64,000 bases of DNA from positions 205,731-269,730 of the forward strand of contig JBAZYC010000001.1 in assembly GCA_041659525.1 (NCBI GenBank), written 5' to 3'. Below are positions 27,301 through 34,344 of the stretch, in pieces. Every line of letters begins with the position of its first letter. Position 1 is the stretch's first letter. The translations under genes were made by a program, and so were the position numbers. Origin of the DNA: an archaeon. GTDB lineage: Archaea > Iainarchaeota > Iainarchaeia > Iainarchaeales > JAAZKV01. The notes under the pieces were generated by a model. The model worked only from the letters and a program-made list of their open reading frames with translations, made no database searches and had not been told where the DNA came from.

Positions 27301-28963
27301 AGCAAGTAATTGCAATTGGGGTATTGGTGCAGGAACTCGAAGAAGTACCCGAATTTACACAAACATCCATTGTGAGCGAATTATTATCATTGCATTGTAA
27401 ATCATTTATGCATCTAATAGAAGCATAAGTACAAACACTTGAAGCAGTTCCAGCATTCGCACAAATATCTTGAGTATTTGAATTATTATCATTACATTCA
27501 GAATCTGATGAACAAACTATAATTGGAATATTGTAAAGTACATTTTGTACACTATCAACTTTTGATTTTACCCCAGGAACTTTTTTCAAGAAATATTGAA
27601 AGTCCTTTGAGCCATCTTGGTATTGTAAAGCATTGAATGCTGATAATGCAATATATGATTGGCTCAATGTTTCAAAAATGTTTTTTCCATCTGAAGTATT
27701 TACTCCATTATAAGAAGTTTGATTTGCATAAGGGCTTGTTGTTACAACAAAACCAAAAGGATAAGTTCCTGTGTTAAAATAGTATCCTGCATTATCGTCT
27801 TTTACCATGCTAATCTTTGTCATCAAGATATCAAGAGTTGTTTGTTTCAAATCAGGAAGAACGTTTAGGGGAAGGAAAAATGCGTGTGGGGTGCTATGCG
27901 CTGGTGCAGTTGATGGAACCTGCCCACTTAAATTAGGGGGCAAATAATATCCAACAAATCCTTGTGTCATTGCATCAGAAAATCCAGGATAAGTTACTCC
28001 TAATAGTGTTCCATAAGCAAGTTGAGCCTCAGTCGCTGGAACAAAAGAATCTTTACTATAAGAAGTTCCAATGACTGGTATTCCTGCTAGTGAACGAACT
28101 CCCCAAGTAAACATTGAACTAAACCAAGCAGCTTCTTTGACAGTAATTCCATTCCATGTTGCGCTTGAACGCATTTGTGAACTTATAAGAGTAGTAAATG
28201 TAGATAAATCAGTTGAACCTGAAAGGTATTCAATAACAGCCATAAGCCCGCCTTCATCAGCATAAACATCCCATTTTGAAGCCCCACGTAAACCAGTATT
28301 TGCATTAATAATATGAGCCGCATATTTGTTTGTTCCTTGGGTAAAAATAAATCCATCAAATTTCATTCTTGAATAAATACTTTTAGACAAAGTTGAAAGA
28401 GCTGAATAATTATTGTCTATTGCCCACCCGTCAACAATTACTAATGATTGATAAAACAAACCATTGTCTATTGAAGGAATATCAGGACTTGAATCATGAT
28501 AAGGGAAAACATCCACTCCCGGATAATATGAAGCTGTTACTTTATAATAAGGGTAAAATAAATAATTGTAATTTTGTCCCGCAGTATCTTGCAAAGCTTT
28601 TACCGTGTTTAAAGTAGTTGTTATTTTTGCTAAAGCTGCAGATTTAGTTATTTTTCCTCGTTCAGCAGCAGCAATATACGCTTGAAGTAAATACCCCCAC
28701 TCAGTTGGATTTGAATAACCAAATCTTGACCGATCACCAACCTTGTAAGCACCAACAGGCATACCATAAACAGTAACAGCAGTACTACTCAAAAAGTAAT
28801 CAAAGTGAGTATTCATTATTGCACTCAAATCATTGTATTGTTGAGTACTCAAAGTTGCAGCAAAAGTGCTTGCAGAAAATAAAACTAATAAAAGTAAAAC
28901 TAACAAGAAAGAAAAAAGATGAGTCCTTATTGAAAATGACTTTTGACTAAAACCAAACCCCAT
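24320..28963 (-). CDS. 1547-aa multidomain secreted adhesin-like protein: signal peptide, (alpha/alpha)6 glycosidase-like N-domain, Cys-rich modules, parallel beta-helix (PbH1) repeats, GLUG-motif repeats, Ser/Gly linker, C-terminal TM anchor with Lys tail
   Basis: Signal peptide: MGFGFSQKSFSIRTHLFSFLLVLLLLVLFSASTFAATL. Residues ~60-480 (..NPTEWGYLLQAYIAAAERG.., SIDNG, YADEGG, PGFSDA) resemble putative-glucoamylase/DUF3131-type six-hairpin domains; this assignment is low confidence. Residues 484-796 hold Cys-rich modules. Residues ~845-985 look like a right-handed beta-helix (VTIKNCRV..NIAIIDNNF..ITITNNDVYG..NKIINNNIYDN). Residues ~1085-1345 carry about 8 units of the type NVGGLVG..NNSYSxG, which is the GLUG motif. 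The block ends FWDINSSGQ..GKTTSEMKT..WDFNNNW..YPILNW. The C-terminus is ..GPTAFFGLDTTSSISFGVIFILVILIILTVNQIVKKKKNI. Confidence 0.85.
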   Translation of the reverse strand: MGFGFSQKSFSIRTHLFSFLLVLLLLVLFSASTFAATLSTQQYNDLSAIMNTHFDYFLSSTAVTVYGMPVGAYKVGDRSRFGYSNPTEWGYLLQAYIAAAERGKITKSAALAKITTTLNTVKALQDTAGQNYNYLFYPYYKVTASYYPGVDVFPYHDSSPDIPSIDNGLFYQSLVIVDGWAIDNNYSALSTLSKSIYSRMKFDGFIFTQGTNKYAAHIINANTGLRGASKWDVYADEGGLMAVIEYLSGSTDLSTFTTLISSQMRSSATWNGITVKEAAWFSSMFTWGVRSLAGIPVIGTSYSKDSFVPATEAQLAYGTLLGVTYPGFSDAMTQGFVGYYLPPNLSGQVPSTAPAHSTPHAFFLPLNVLPDLKQTTLDILMTKISMVKDDNAGYYFNTGTYPFGFVVTTSPYANQTSYNGVNTSDGKNIFETLSQSYIALSAFNALQYQDGSKDFQYFLKKVPGVKSKVDSVQNVLYNIPIIVCSSDSECNDNNSNTQDICANAGTASSVCTYASIRCINDLQCNDNNSLTMDVCVNSGTSSSSCTNTPIAITCSSNVQCGADGYLGTAFCLGNNSTQTYRTYICSNGGTINSVCSSSDSNTTITACDSPQICNAGNCMTPACTISEQCGTNAFVGNAFCNTNDIWGTFRTFTCNNPGTISAACSSVDANQLKTSCSVGQICNNALCITPTCSTDLNCNDNNFFTFDKCINPGTISSSCTHQAIACLNDAACDDSNANTQDVCTNPGTISSACSYTPIRCINDSQCNDNNFLTTDVCLSPATTSSSCTNTPTASTCVNPISNMQVTSSIAFCPQSQAFTNMNIVADNVVVDCGNTQIFPGYNGTVFTIIDRNNVTIKNCRVTREANIIINIQRSKNIAIIDNNFSSSWDSSIYVTDSNFITITNNDVYGSDYGAAVYFSRVNDSLIQQNQLHDNGRVGTWYFAGGIYLESSQRNKIINNNIYDNKRAFEIRTSSNNIFTGNTLCTNYYRSECINATSNSASGNRIGIDDALECTFLANQSTICGQTCVSSSKVNGASVLCNCSDLQSVSNNLSGNYVLGQDINCSETKNWNGGAGFNPIGNSNQGFTGIFDGNRKIISDLYINKPSAKQVGLFVYTFRATIKDVGLVNSNITGGTQVGALTGFFVGSINNSYSTGKVNGIDQVGGLVGWNGGTISDSYSTANVSGTNNVGGLAGYSMYGECVINNSFSTGKIVGTGDNVGGLMGAFNGCKINNSSSVGSVIGKSNVGGLVGFSGVYGSLDGSLINNSYSAGDVNGASNVGGLVGNLDYYFKVNNSYSIGKVIGQNNVGGLVGYSPWKTVTNSFWDINSSGQIISAGGIGKTTSEMKTKLTFRDWDFNNNWKEVSNNYPILNWQQESAPLSVPALALDSASESVNSSPSVLSLNSTQSEVDCSAGQVCGNAISTVSTNNSGGSSGSGSSGGSGRSGAPIVVTIPVVDQNKIIDSDENVFVDKSIVAQLDSSSNQQIRGVEEIVVPSFSIKEAPKENTLGPTAFFGLDTTSSISFGVIFILVILIILTVNQIVKKKKNI
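24929..25711 (-). repeat. GLUG-motif repeat array inside the adhesin gene (protein-level repeats)
   Basis: Repeated ..[NQ]VGGL[VAM]G.. units at ~25-30-aa spacing: QVGALTGF, QVGGLVGW, NVGGLAGY, NVGGLMGA, NVGGLVGF, NVGGLVGN, NVGGLVGY. Confidence 0.8.
26576..27514 (-). repeat. Cys-rich module array inside the adhesin gene (protein-level repeats)
   Basis: About six units follow the pattern C-x-N-D-x-x-C-x-D-x-N-x-x-T-x-D-x-C-x-N-x-G-T-x-S-S-x-C (e.g. CINDLQCNDNNSLTMDVCVNSGTSSSSC, CLNDAACDDSNANTQDVCTNPGTISSAC). Two longer units are CSSNVQCGADGYLGTAFC..TYRTYICSNGGTINSVCSS..QICNAGNCMTPAC and CTISEQCGTNAFVGNAFC..TFRTFTCNNPGTISAACSS..QICNNALCITPTC. Confidence 0.8.
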
Positions 28964-28984
28964 ACTTTAACATTCACACACAGC

Positions 28985-29021
28985 TATTTAAATATCCTAC
29001 CGTTATACTACTTTATACTAC
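28985..29021. promoter_or_regulatory. Divergent promoter region: palindromic TATA-like box plus tandem 9-nt operator-like repeat upstream of the RHH gene
   Basis: TATTTAAATA (28985-28994) is its own reverse complement and lies 22 nt from the adhesin ATG (28963) and 41 nt from the RHH-gene ATG (29035). TTATACTAC occurs at 29003-29011 and again at 29013-29021 (10-nt period). Confidence 0.5.
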
Positions 29022-29034
29022 CAAGGAATTTTGT

Positions 29035-29904
29035 ATGAAAAATAAGATTTCAATTACTCTTGATGAGAATGTTGTCGAAGGAATAAAAACAATAATTGAT
29101 GGAATCTATATCCGAAATACCTCTCAAGCAGTAGAATATTTACTGAAAAAAACTCTTTCAGGAAACAACAAAGCAATTTTCCTCTGCGGAGGAGGAAGTT
29201 TTAAGCGAACTGAGAACGGGTACTTTAGACCCTGCACCCCTTTTATGGACAGCACCGCAATAGCTCACAACTTGCGATTTCTAAACCTTAACGGGTTTAA
29301 TGAAATAGTAATAGTTGCTCAAGAACCTAATCTTAATGAAATAAAAATCGCGGTTGAAAAAGAAAAAATAGTTGGAATGAATGTAAAATATATTGCAAAT
29401 GCAGAAGATACTCAAGGGTCCATGGATACTCTTCGCATGAGTGGTCTTCTTACTGGAACCACCCTTGTTTGCTTTGGAGATATTCTTTTTTTCGATAGTA
29501 ATCTTCAAAATTTTTGGAAAACTCATCTTTTGTACAAAGGAATTTCTACCCTTTATGTTCAAGCATTCACTAACAAATTAGGTAATGCAGGAGTAGTAAA
29601 TATGGAAGGAAACCAGATCAATAGTTTTGTTCAAAAACCAGGTACTCAGTTTTCATTAATTCATTTCAGTGCGGTTTTCATTACTGAGCCAAGTATTTTG
29701 GATTACAAAGGACACAGTTTAGAATTCGATATTTTTCCACAATTAGCAAAAAAGAAACAACTCATTGGTTACTTGAGTAATAAACCAATTCACCACTTTC
29801 ACACAGAAAAAGAAATCAAAAAATTAGAAACCCAATTAAAGAAACCTCTTCAATCAGAGAGTTCTTCTAACTCCCTTAAAAGAAAAAAGGTGAAACAAAA
29901 ATGA
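29035..29904 (+). CDS. Ribbon-helix-helix (CopG-like) domain fused to a sugar-phosphate nucleotidyltransferase-like domain, paralog 1 (289 aa)
   Basis: The N-terminus MKNKISITLDENVVEGIKTIIDGIYIRNTSQAVEYLLKKTL has an RHH beta-alpha-alpha pattern. The rest is collinear with RmlA/GlmU-type NTP-transferases (AIFLCGG..RPCTPF..IAHNLRFL..GFNEIVIV..GSMDTL..FGDILF..GVVNMEGNQINSFVQKP..EPSILDY..DIFPQLA..QLIGY). The canonical GGxGTRLxPLT loop is degenerate (CGGGSFKRTENGYFRPCTPF). Confidence 0.65.
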   Translation: MKNKISITLDENVVEGIKTIIDGIYIRNTSQAVEYLLKKTLSGNNKAIFLCGGGSFKRTENGYFRPCTPFMDSTAIAHNLRFLNLNGFNEIVIVAQEPNLNEIKIAVEKEKIVGMNVKYIANAEDTQGSMDTLRMSGLLTGTTLVCFGDILFFDSNLQNFWKTHLLYKGISTLYVQAFTNKLGNAGVVNMEGNQINSFVQKPGTQFSLIHFSAVFITEPSILDYKGHSLEFDIFPQLAKKKQLIGYLSNKPIHHFHTEKEIKKLETQLKKPLQSESSSNSLKRKKVKQK

Positions 29905-30716
29905 AAACAAAAATTTCTATTACCCTTGATGAAAACGTTATTGAAGAAATAAAAACAATGGTAGATGGAGTGCACATTAGAAATACTTCCCAAGCAGTAG
30001 AATACATGCTAAAAAAAACTCTTTCAGGAAACAACAAAGCAATTTTCCTCTGCGGAGGAAACATGAAGAAAACTGAGAGTGGTTATTTTAGACCATGCAC
30101 CCCTTTTTTGGGAGTCCCTGTAATAGTTCACAATATTAGATTTTTGAGGGATAATGGTTTTAGAGAAATAATTATACTTGCACAAAAACCAGCACTTATT
30201 GAAATAGAAAAAACAATTAATAGTGCAAAAATTAGTGGGGTAGAAATAAAATATTTAGAAGATCCTTTGAATTCTCAAGGAACAATGGACACTTTAAGAG
30301 AAGTAATTAAACTTGAAGGGACCACCCTCATTGCTTTTGGAGATGTAATCTTTTTTAATAATGATATTCAAAACTTTTGGAAAACCCATTTATTATACAA
30401 AGCAACTGCCACTCTTTATGCCCAAGCATTCATTGAAAAAATTCAGTGGGCAGGAGTAATAAGTATGGAAGGCAATCAAATAAATAGTTTTGTCCAAAAA
30501 CCTGGGAAAGTATTTTCCCTAATTCATTTTGGAGGAGCATTTATAGTTGAACCAAACATTATGGAGTATAAAGGAAACAGTCTTGAGTATGATATTTTTC
30601 CAGTACTTGCAGCAAAAAATCAATTAATTGGTTATATGAGTGAAAAACCAATTCACCACTTTCACACAGAAAAAGAAATAAAAGAACTAGAAACAAAACT
30701 AAAAAAGCCTTCCTGA
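29901..30716 (+). CDS. RHH + nucleotidyltransferase-like fusion, paralog 2 (271 aa)
   Basis: An ATGA start/stop overlap joins it to paralog 1 (29901-29904). It has the same architecture (MKTKISITLDENVIEEIKTMVDGVHIRNTSQAVEYMLKKTL; CGGNMKKTESGYFRPCTPF). Perfect nucleotide identity tracts with paralog 1: 48 nt (29146-29193 = 30012-30059) and 35 nt (29782-29816 = 30645-30679). Confidence 0.65.
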   Translation: MKTKISITLDENVIEEIKTMVDGVHIRNTSQAVEYMLKKTLSGNNKAIFLCGGNMKKTESGYFRPCTPFLGVPVIVHNIRFLRDNGFREIIILAQKPALIEIEKTINSAKISGVEIKYLEDPLNSQGTMDTLREVIKLEGTTLIAFGDVIFFNNDIQNFWKTHLLYKATATLYAQAFIEKIQWAGVISMEGNQINSFVQKPGKVFSLIHFGGAFIVEPNIMEYKGNSLEYDIFPVLAAKNQLIGYMSEKPIHHFHTEKEIKELETKLKKPS

Positions 30717-30830
30717 GAAATATTTAATTCAAAATAACTAAAAAAATTTAAACTAAAGTCTAATTTAATTTACCTAAAAAGATTTTTAGTTTTGAATGTT
30801 TTTTGGCGAGGATTTTAGAAAAAAACATTT

Positions 30831-32039
30831 TTAGACTTCATTTACTATACAGCGAACCCCTCCCCCATACTCCAAATTTGACTTTAATGGAACAATAGTG
30901 GAATGAACTTTGATTCCCGCTTGTTCTAAAGCTCTCCTAGTTTTAATTGCTCTTTTTTCAAGAAGTACTTCGTTTTCACCAAGCACTAAGAAATTAGCGG
31001 GGTGAAAAATTATTTCTGAAGAAGGAATTTGGACTATTCTTAATTGCTGTTCACGCACAGCTTGTTGCACTACGCCTTGGTTTTCTTTTAAGAAAAAAGG
31101 ATCAATTAACAAAGTCTTTCCAACTACCCCTAAGAAAAGATCCACATGAGTAGATTTTAAAAATACTTTTGTTTTAAATGCACGACTCAACCCTGGAGAA
31201 TACCGATTTCCTTTTTCTTCTAAGAAATATACTTTATTCCCTTTCCCAATTAATTTTTGGACAGCATAATCCTCTTTTAAGCGAGGATATGCAAAAAATG
31301 CAGTTGAATTAATATCAACTGAGAGTCCCCCCTCCCCAAGAGCGCTAGTAGAATTTGCAACAAATTTTAGTCTTTCTTTTCCAACTTTTTTGTAAATATC
31401 TCTCGCCCAATAATTATTTGCGGGGACAACATCTTTTTGCAAGGGAAATTTCCCGGGATATAGGTCATCAACATAAGGCATCCCAAATCTTAGCATTCTT
31501 TTTACAGGAAATGTCTTTGCATCTTTTCGCAACTTTGGATAAATACTTGTGGGTTCTTCTTTTCCCATTTCAATATATCTTGGTACCACTACTTTAAATC
31601 CAAGTTCGGCTAATTGATGAATTACTCTTACTCTTTCAAGATTTGTCTGAATAGAACTTCTTCGACCATGCACAAGTTCTAATTTAGAATCAAGATAACC
31701 CTTTAATGATTTAGGCAAATGTTCTTTGTCAATAACAAATCCTTGTTGAACGCGAACAATTAATTCACGGGTGTATTTGTTGGCTTGGCAGTGTTTCATT
31801 AGTTGAACAATCGAAGGGGTTCTGGCAGTCGGTGCTCTTCTTCGAGAAAAAAAACTTTCATCAGGAGCAAAATGAGGCATTAAGGCAACAAATTTTATTC
31901 TCCGATCTTTTTTTTCTCTTACCGAACTAGATATTTTTATTAAAGAAGTTTGGGTTTGCGACTTTTTAAAAGAACTAAATATTTTTTTTAACCCCCTTCG
32001 GGTTTTTGCGAAAGAAGGCTTAAACATATAATAATTCAT
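30831..32039 (-). CDS. Guanidino-group-modifying-enzyme superfamily protein (amidinotransferase / arginine deiminase / DDAH fold), 402 aa
   Basis: The C-terminal ..LEYGGGVRCIVNEV matches the catalytic GGG-x-x-C end of this superfamily. Upstream motifs STHVDLF (H-x-D) and FHPANFLVLGENEVLL are consistent with it. The basic N-terminal ~90 aa have no recognisable match. Substrate unknown. Confidence 0.5.
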   Translation of the reverse strand: MNYYMFKPSFAKTRRGLKKIFSSFKKSQTQTSLIKISSSVREKKDRRIKFVALMPHFAPDESFFSRRRAPTARTPSIVQLMKHCQANKYTRELIVRVQQGFVIDKEHLPKSLKGYLDSKLELVHGRRSSIQTNLERVRVIHQLAELGFKVVVPRYIEMGKEEPTSIYPKLRKDAKTFPVKRMLRFGMPYVDDLYPGKFPLQKDVVPANNYWARDIYKKVGKERLKFVANSTSALGEGGLSVDINSTAFFAYPRLKEDYAVQKLIGKGNKVYFLEEKGNRYSPGLSRAFKTKVFLKSTHVDLFLGVVGKTLLIDPFFLKENQGVVQQAVREQQLRIVQIPSSEIIFHPANFLVLGENEVLLEKRAIKTRRALEQAGIKVHSTIVPLKSNLEYGGGVRCIVNEV

Positions 32040-32155
32040 GCACTAAAGTATATTAGACTATTTGTTTCAAAAACAATTTGTTTGAAAAAAAGCATAATTT
32101 CTTTTTTTATTAAAAATAGTAACTTATCCCAATCGCTTAAAAATCAGATTTATTC

Positions 32156-32356
32156 TCATGCTTCTTTCTTTTTCTTCTTTTTTAATAGTAAGAACAATAA
32201 TAAAAACGCAATTATTAACAAAGGAATTCCTACAACAAATATATAATTAATTTCGTTTTTTTCGTTTTGTGAAGAAGTATTCACATCTATTTGTATTGCC
32301 TTGTGTAATTCAAACAGTGGAATACAAAAAGTAAATCCCCTTTCCAAAACTTGCAC
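32156..32356 (-). CDS. Small ORF ending in a TM helix plus poly-Lys tail (possible remnant of a surface-protein C-terminus)
   Basis: GTG-initiated 66-codon ORF. The C-terminus ..YIFVVGIPLLIIAFLLLFLLLKKKKKKEA resembles the anchors of the 1547-aa and 590-aa proteins. The coding status is weakly supported. Confidence 0.25.
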   Translation of the reverse strand: MQVLERGFTFCIPLFELHKAIQIDVNTSSQNEKNEINYIFVVGIPLLIIAFLLLFLLLKKKKKKEA

Positions 32357-32391
32357 AAAGGGCCAAGCAACAAATACTAATTTTCACAAAA

Positions 32392-32922
32392 CTAGGCTAT
32401 CTGTTCAGCAAGTTTCCTTGCAGTATTAACATTTCTCACTGTCATAAACTTATATTCATCACAACTAATAATTTTATTTAATTTACTTTTATTATAATTC
32501 TCTCTTTTAACATTCCAAAAAAGTGCTCCTTTTATGTATTGAATTTGAACATATTCTTTATTTATTGGCAAAACATCCAATATTTTTTTAGAATCAATTT
32601 CACTAAAAAGATAAGCTACATCAGTTTTTTGGGCATCATCATTAACCCAAGTCAAAGGTATTTTATGGGCAATGTTTTGTAATTCTTTTCTTGTTTTTAT
32701 TAAAGTAGGAACATCAAAACCCAAATTCTTTTTTAGTTCTGCTTCAACTTCTTTCTTAATCTCACTGCTATTTTTATTAGATTCAAAAAGTACATTTCCT
32801 GAATTAATGTACGTGAACACATTTGAACACCCAATCGACTCAAAAATAGTTTTGAGTTTTTTCATGTCAACTTTATGGTTTCCGCCAACATTAATTCCCC
32901 TAAGTAATGCAACATATTTCAT
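32392..32922 (-). CDS. DUF1697 family protein
   Basis: MKYVALLRGINVGGNHKVDMKKLKTIFESIGCSNVFTYINSGNVLFES.. is the characteristic DUF1697 N-terminus (ALLRGINVGG..K..M..L). The 176-aa length is typical. Confidence 0.85.
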   Translation of the reverse strand: MKYVALLRGINVGGNHKVDMKKLKTIFESIGCSNVFTYINSGNVLFESNKNSSEIKKEVEAELKKNLGFDVPTLIKTRKELQNIAHKIPLTWVNDDAQKTDVAYLFSEIDSKKILDVLPINKEYVQIQYIKGALFWNVKRENYNKSKLNKIISCDEYKFMTVRNVNTARKLAEQIA

Positions 32923-32998
32923 AATATCTAAAAAATAGTTTAACCTTTTAATTATTATTACTAACTAAAAACACTGGTTAGTAAAAAGTGTAATCCCC

Positions 32999-33030
32999 CC
33001 TCCCCGAGTGCCGCAGCCAGCACCGTTCCG
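32999..33030. repeat. 32-nt GC-rich direct repeat, copy 1
   Basis: CCTCCCCGAGTGCCGCAGCCAGCACCGTTCCG is identical to 34304-34335. It lies 13 nt downstream (minus sense) of the stop of 33044..34192. In minus sense it can form a 7-bp stem with a GCUG loop (GGUGCUG/CGGCACU). It overlaps the att-like 14-mer by 6 nt. Confidence 0.9.
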
Positions 33031-33043
33031 CCAAACATGCCAA

Positions 33044-34192
33044 TTAGGAATTAAGTAACTCAATACATTTACTTCTTAAGTTTTCAGACAATTTCGGAAA
33101 ATTTACCGATACAAAATTGTTAGCCTCAATTCTTGCATAATGCCCTGTATCTCCTCGCACATATCGTATATATTCAAAACACTTTTCAAGCAACACGGGA
33201 GATTCTAATATATCTTTGGAATAATAATTTGCTAAAACCATTACTTGCGTTTGAGTATTCCAACTTGCTGATTTATCTTTAAAACTTTTTATCAATATAT
33301 CATTAAACTGAGATTTAACGAATGTGTTTTTTATTTTGTTTTCATAATCAACATCACAAAGCAATTCCACTCCGGTAGCACCAAATAACATTACTTTTTG
33401 GTAAATTGCAGTAGCAATATGCTCAATTTCCTGTTGACTTAACAAAGCAACAAAATGCTTCAGATTGTATCTGAAATAACTTGTTTCCATAAAAAACAGG
33501 GCAAATAACTTTTCATTAAATCCATTACGTTGTAAAGAAGTCATTTTTGAAAATAGATATTCAAAGTCTTCAAAAGAAAACACATCCTCTTGTAAACAGT
33601 TCAAGTCCATATCAACAAGTAACTTGTCCATAATCTCCTTTTTTTCTGAGGAATATTCCTTTAGATTAACAGGCTTATTAATCTCAGCAGCTTTCTTAAT
33701 CAATTCTTTTTCATCCTTAGTCACCATACTATTCTTCAATTCATCCAAATTTTTGTTTGCGCTTAACAGTATTCTTTCTTGCATCTTAATCCAATCTTCA
33801 TCCCCAGGAAATTTTCTCCCAGAAAGTTCTTCAAAATACCCCAATACTGTTGTAACTTTTTTTTCATAATTCTGGTCTTGAGTTTCCAAGTTATGTTTAA
33901 AATAGGCTCTGAAAGCAGGTAACTTTTTTAAATCACCAGTATATATCTCAGAACTTTGTACACACTCAAAAAAATAAGAATAGGCATTTTCTATAAAATA
34001 CCCAAAAGTTTTGTCATCAGAAACTGGCTGGCTAAGTCTTAAAGGGATTGTTTCATAATTTGTTGAGGCTTTAAAAATAGTGATGCCCCCCCCTGTTAAT
34101 GAAAGTTCATTTATTATTTTCCTACTTTCGGTGATTTTTGCTACCACCTGTTTAAACCCCGCCTCCTTTCTTTCTATTAATCCAAAATCCAT
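33044..34192 (-). CDS. Hypothetical protein, 382 aa (bracketed by the 32-nt repeats)
   Basis: ATG at 34192 is preceded by GAGGGTGATTAA, a strong SD. The protein looks helical and soluble; no family recognised. Confidence 0.6.
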   Translation of the reverse strand: MDFGLIERKEAGFKQVVAKITESRKIINELSLTGGGITIFKASTNYETIPLRLSQPVSDDKTFGYFIENAYSYFFECVQSSEIYTGDLKKLPAFRAYFKHNLETQDQNYEKKVTTVLGYFEELSGRKFPGDEDWIKMQERILLSANKNLDELKNSMVTKDEKELIKKAAEINKPVNLKEYSSEKKEIMDKLLVDMDLNCLQEDVFSFEDFEYLFSKMTSLQRNGFNEKLFALFFMETSYFRYNLKHFVALLSQQEIEHIATAIYQKVMLFGATGVELLCDVDYENKIKNTFVKSQFNDILIKSFKDKSASWNTQTQVMVLANYYSKDILESPVLLEKCFEYIRYVRGDTGHYARIEANNFVSVNFPKLSENLRSKCIELLNS

Positions 34193-34303
34193 TTAATCAC
34201 CCTCAGCAGGACTAAAAGAATTCATAACATTAAATTTAAAGATTCATCTAGGCCAGCAAAATTAAAAAAAATACCCAAAATAAATCTTTTAAGTGTCTAC
34301 TCT

Positions 34304-34335
34304 CCTCCCCGAGTGCCGCAGCCAGCACCGTTCCG
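34304..34335. repeat. 32-nt GC-rich direct repeat, copy 2
   Basis: Identical to 32999-33030. It lies 9 nt downstream (minus sense) of the stop of 34345..35232 and ~110 nt upstream of the 34192 ATG. Confidence 0.9.
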
Positions 34336-34344
34336 TTTAATTTG

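Noticed and set aside
32991-33035. The GC-rich segment read as a tRNA fragment, a split-tRNA 3' half or a second tRNA gene
   Set aside because: Only the acceptor 3' strand (AGGGGGG-A) matches. I could not fold a T-arm (no complementary 5-bp stem and no TTCRA-like loop) or any other cloverleaf element. It is therefore treated as an att-like remnant plus an unrelated repeat.
32999-34335. The 32-nt repeats as integron attC sites bracketing a gene cassette
   Set aside because: The only integrase present looks like a generic tyrosine recombinase. There is no attI/Pc arrangement and only one bracketed gene. The hairpin is much shorter than typical attC. The idea cannot be excluded, but nothing supports it.
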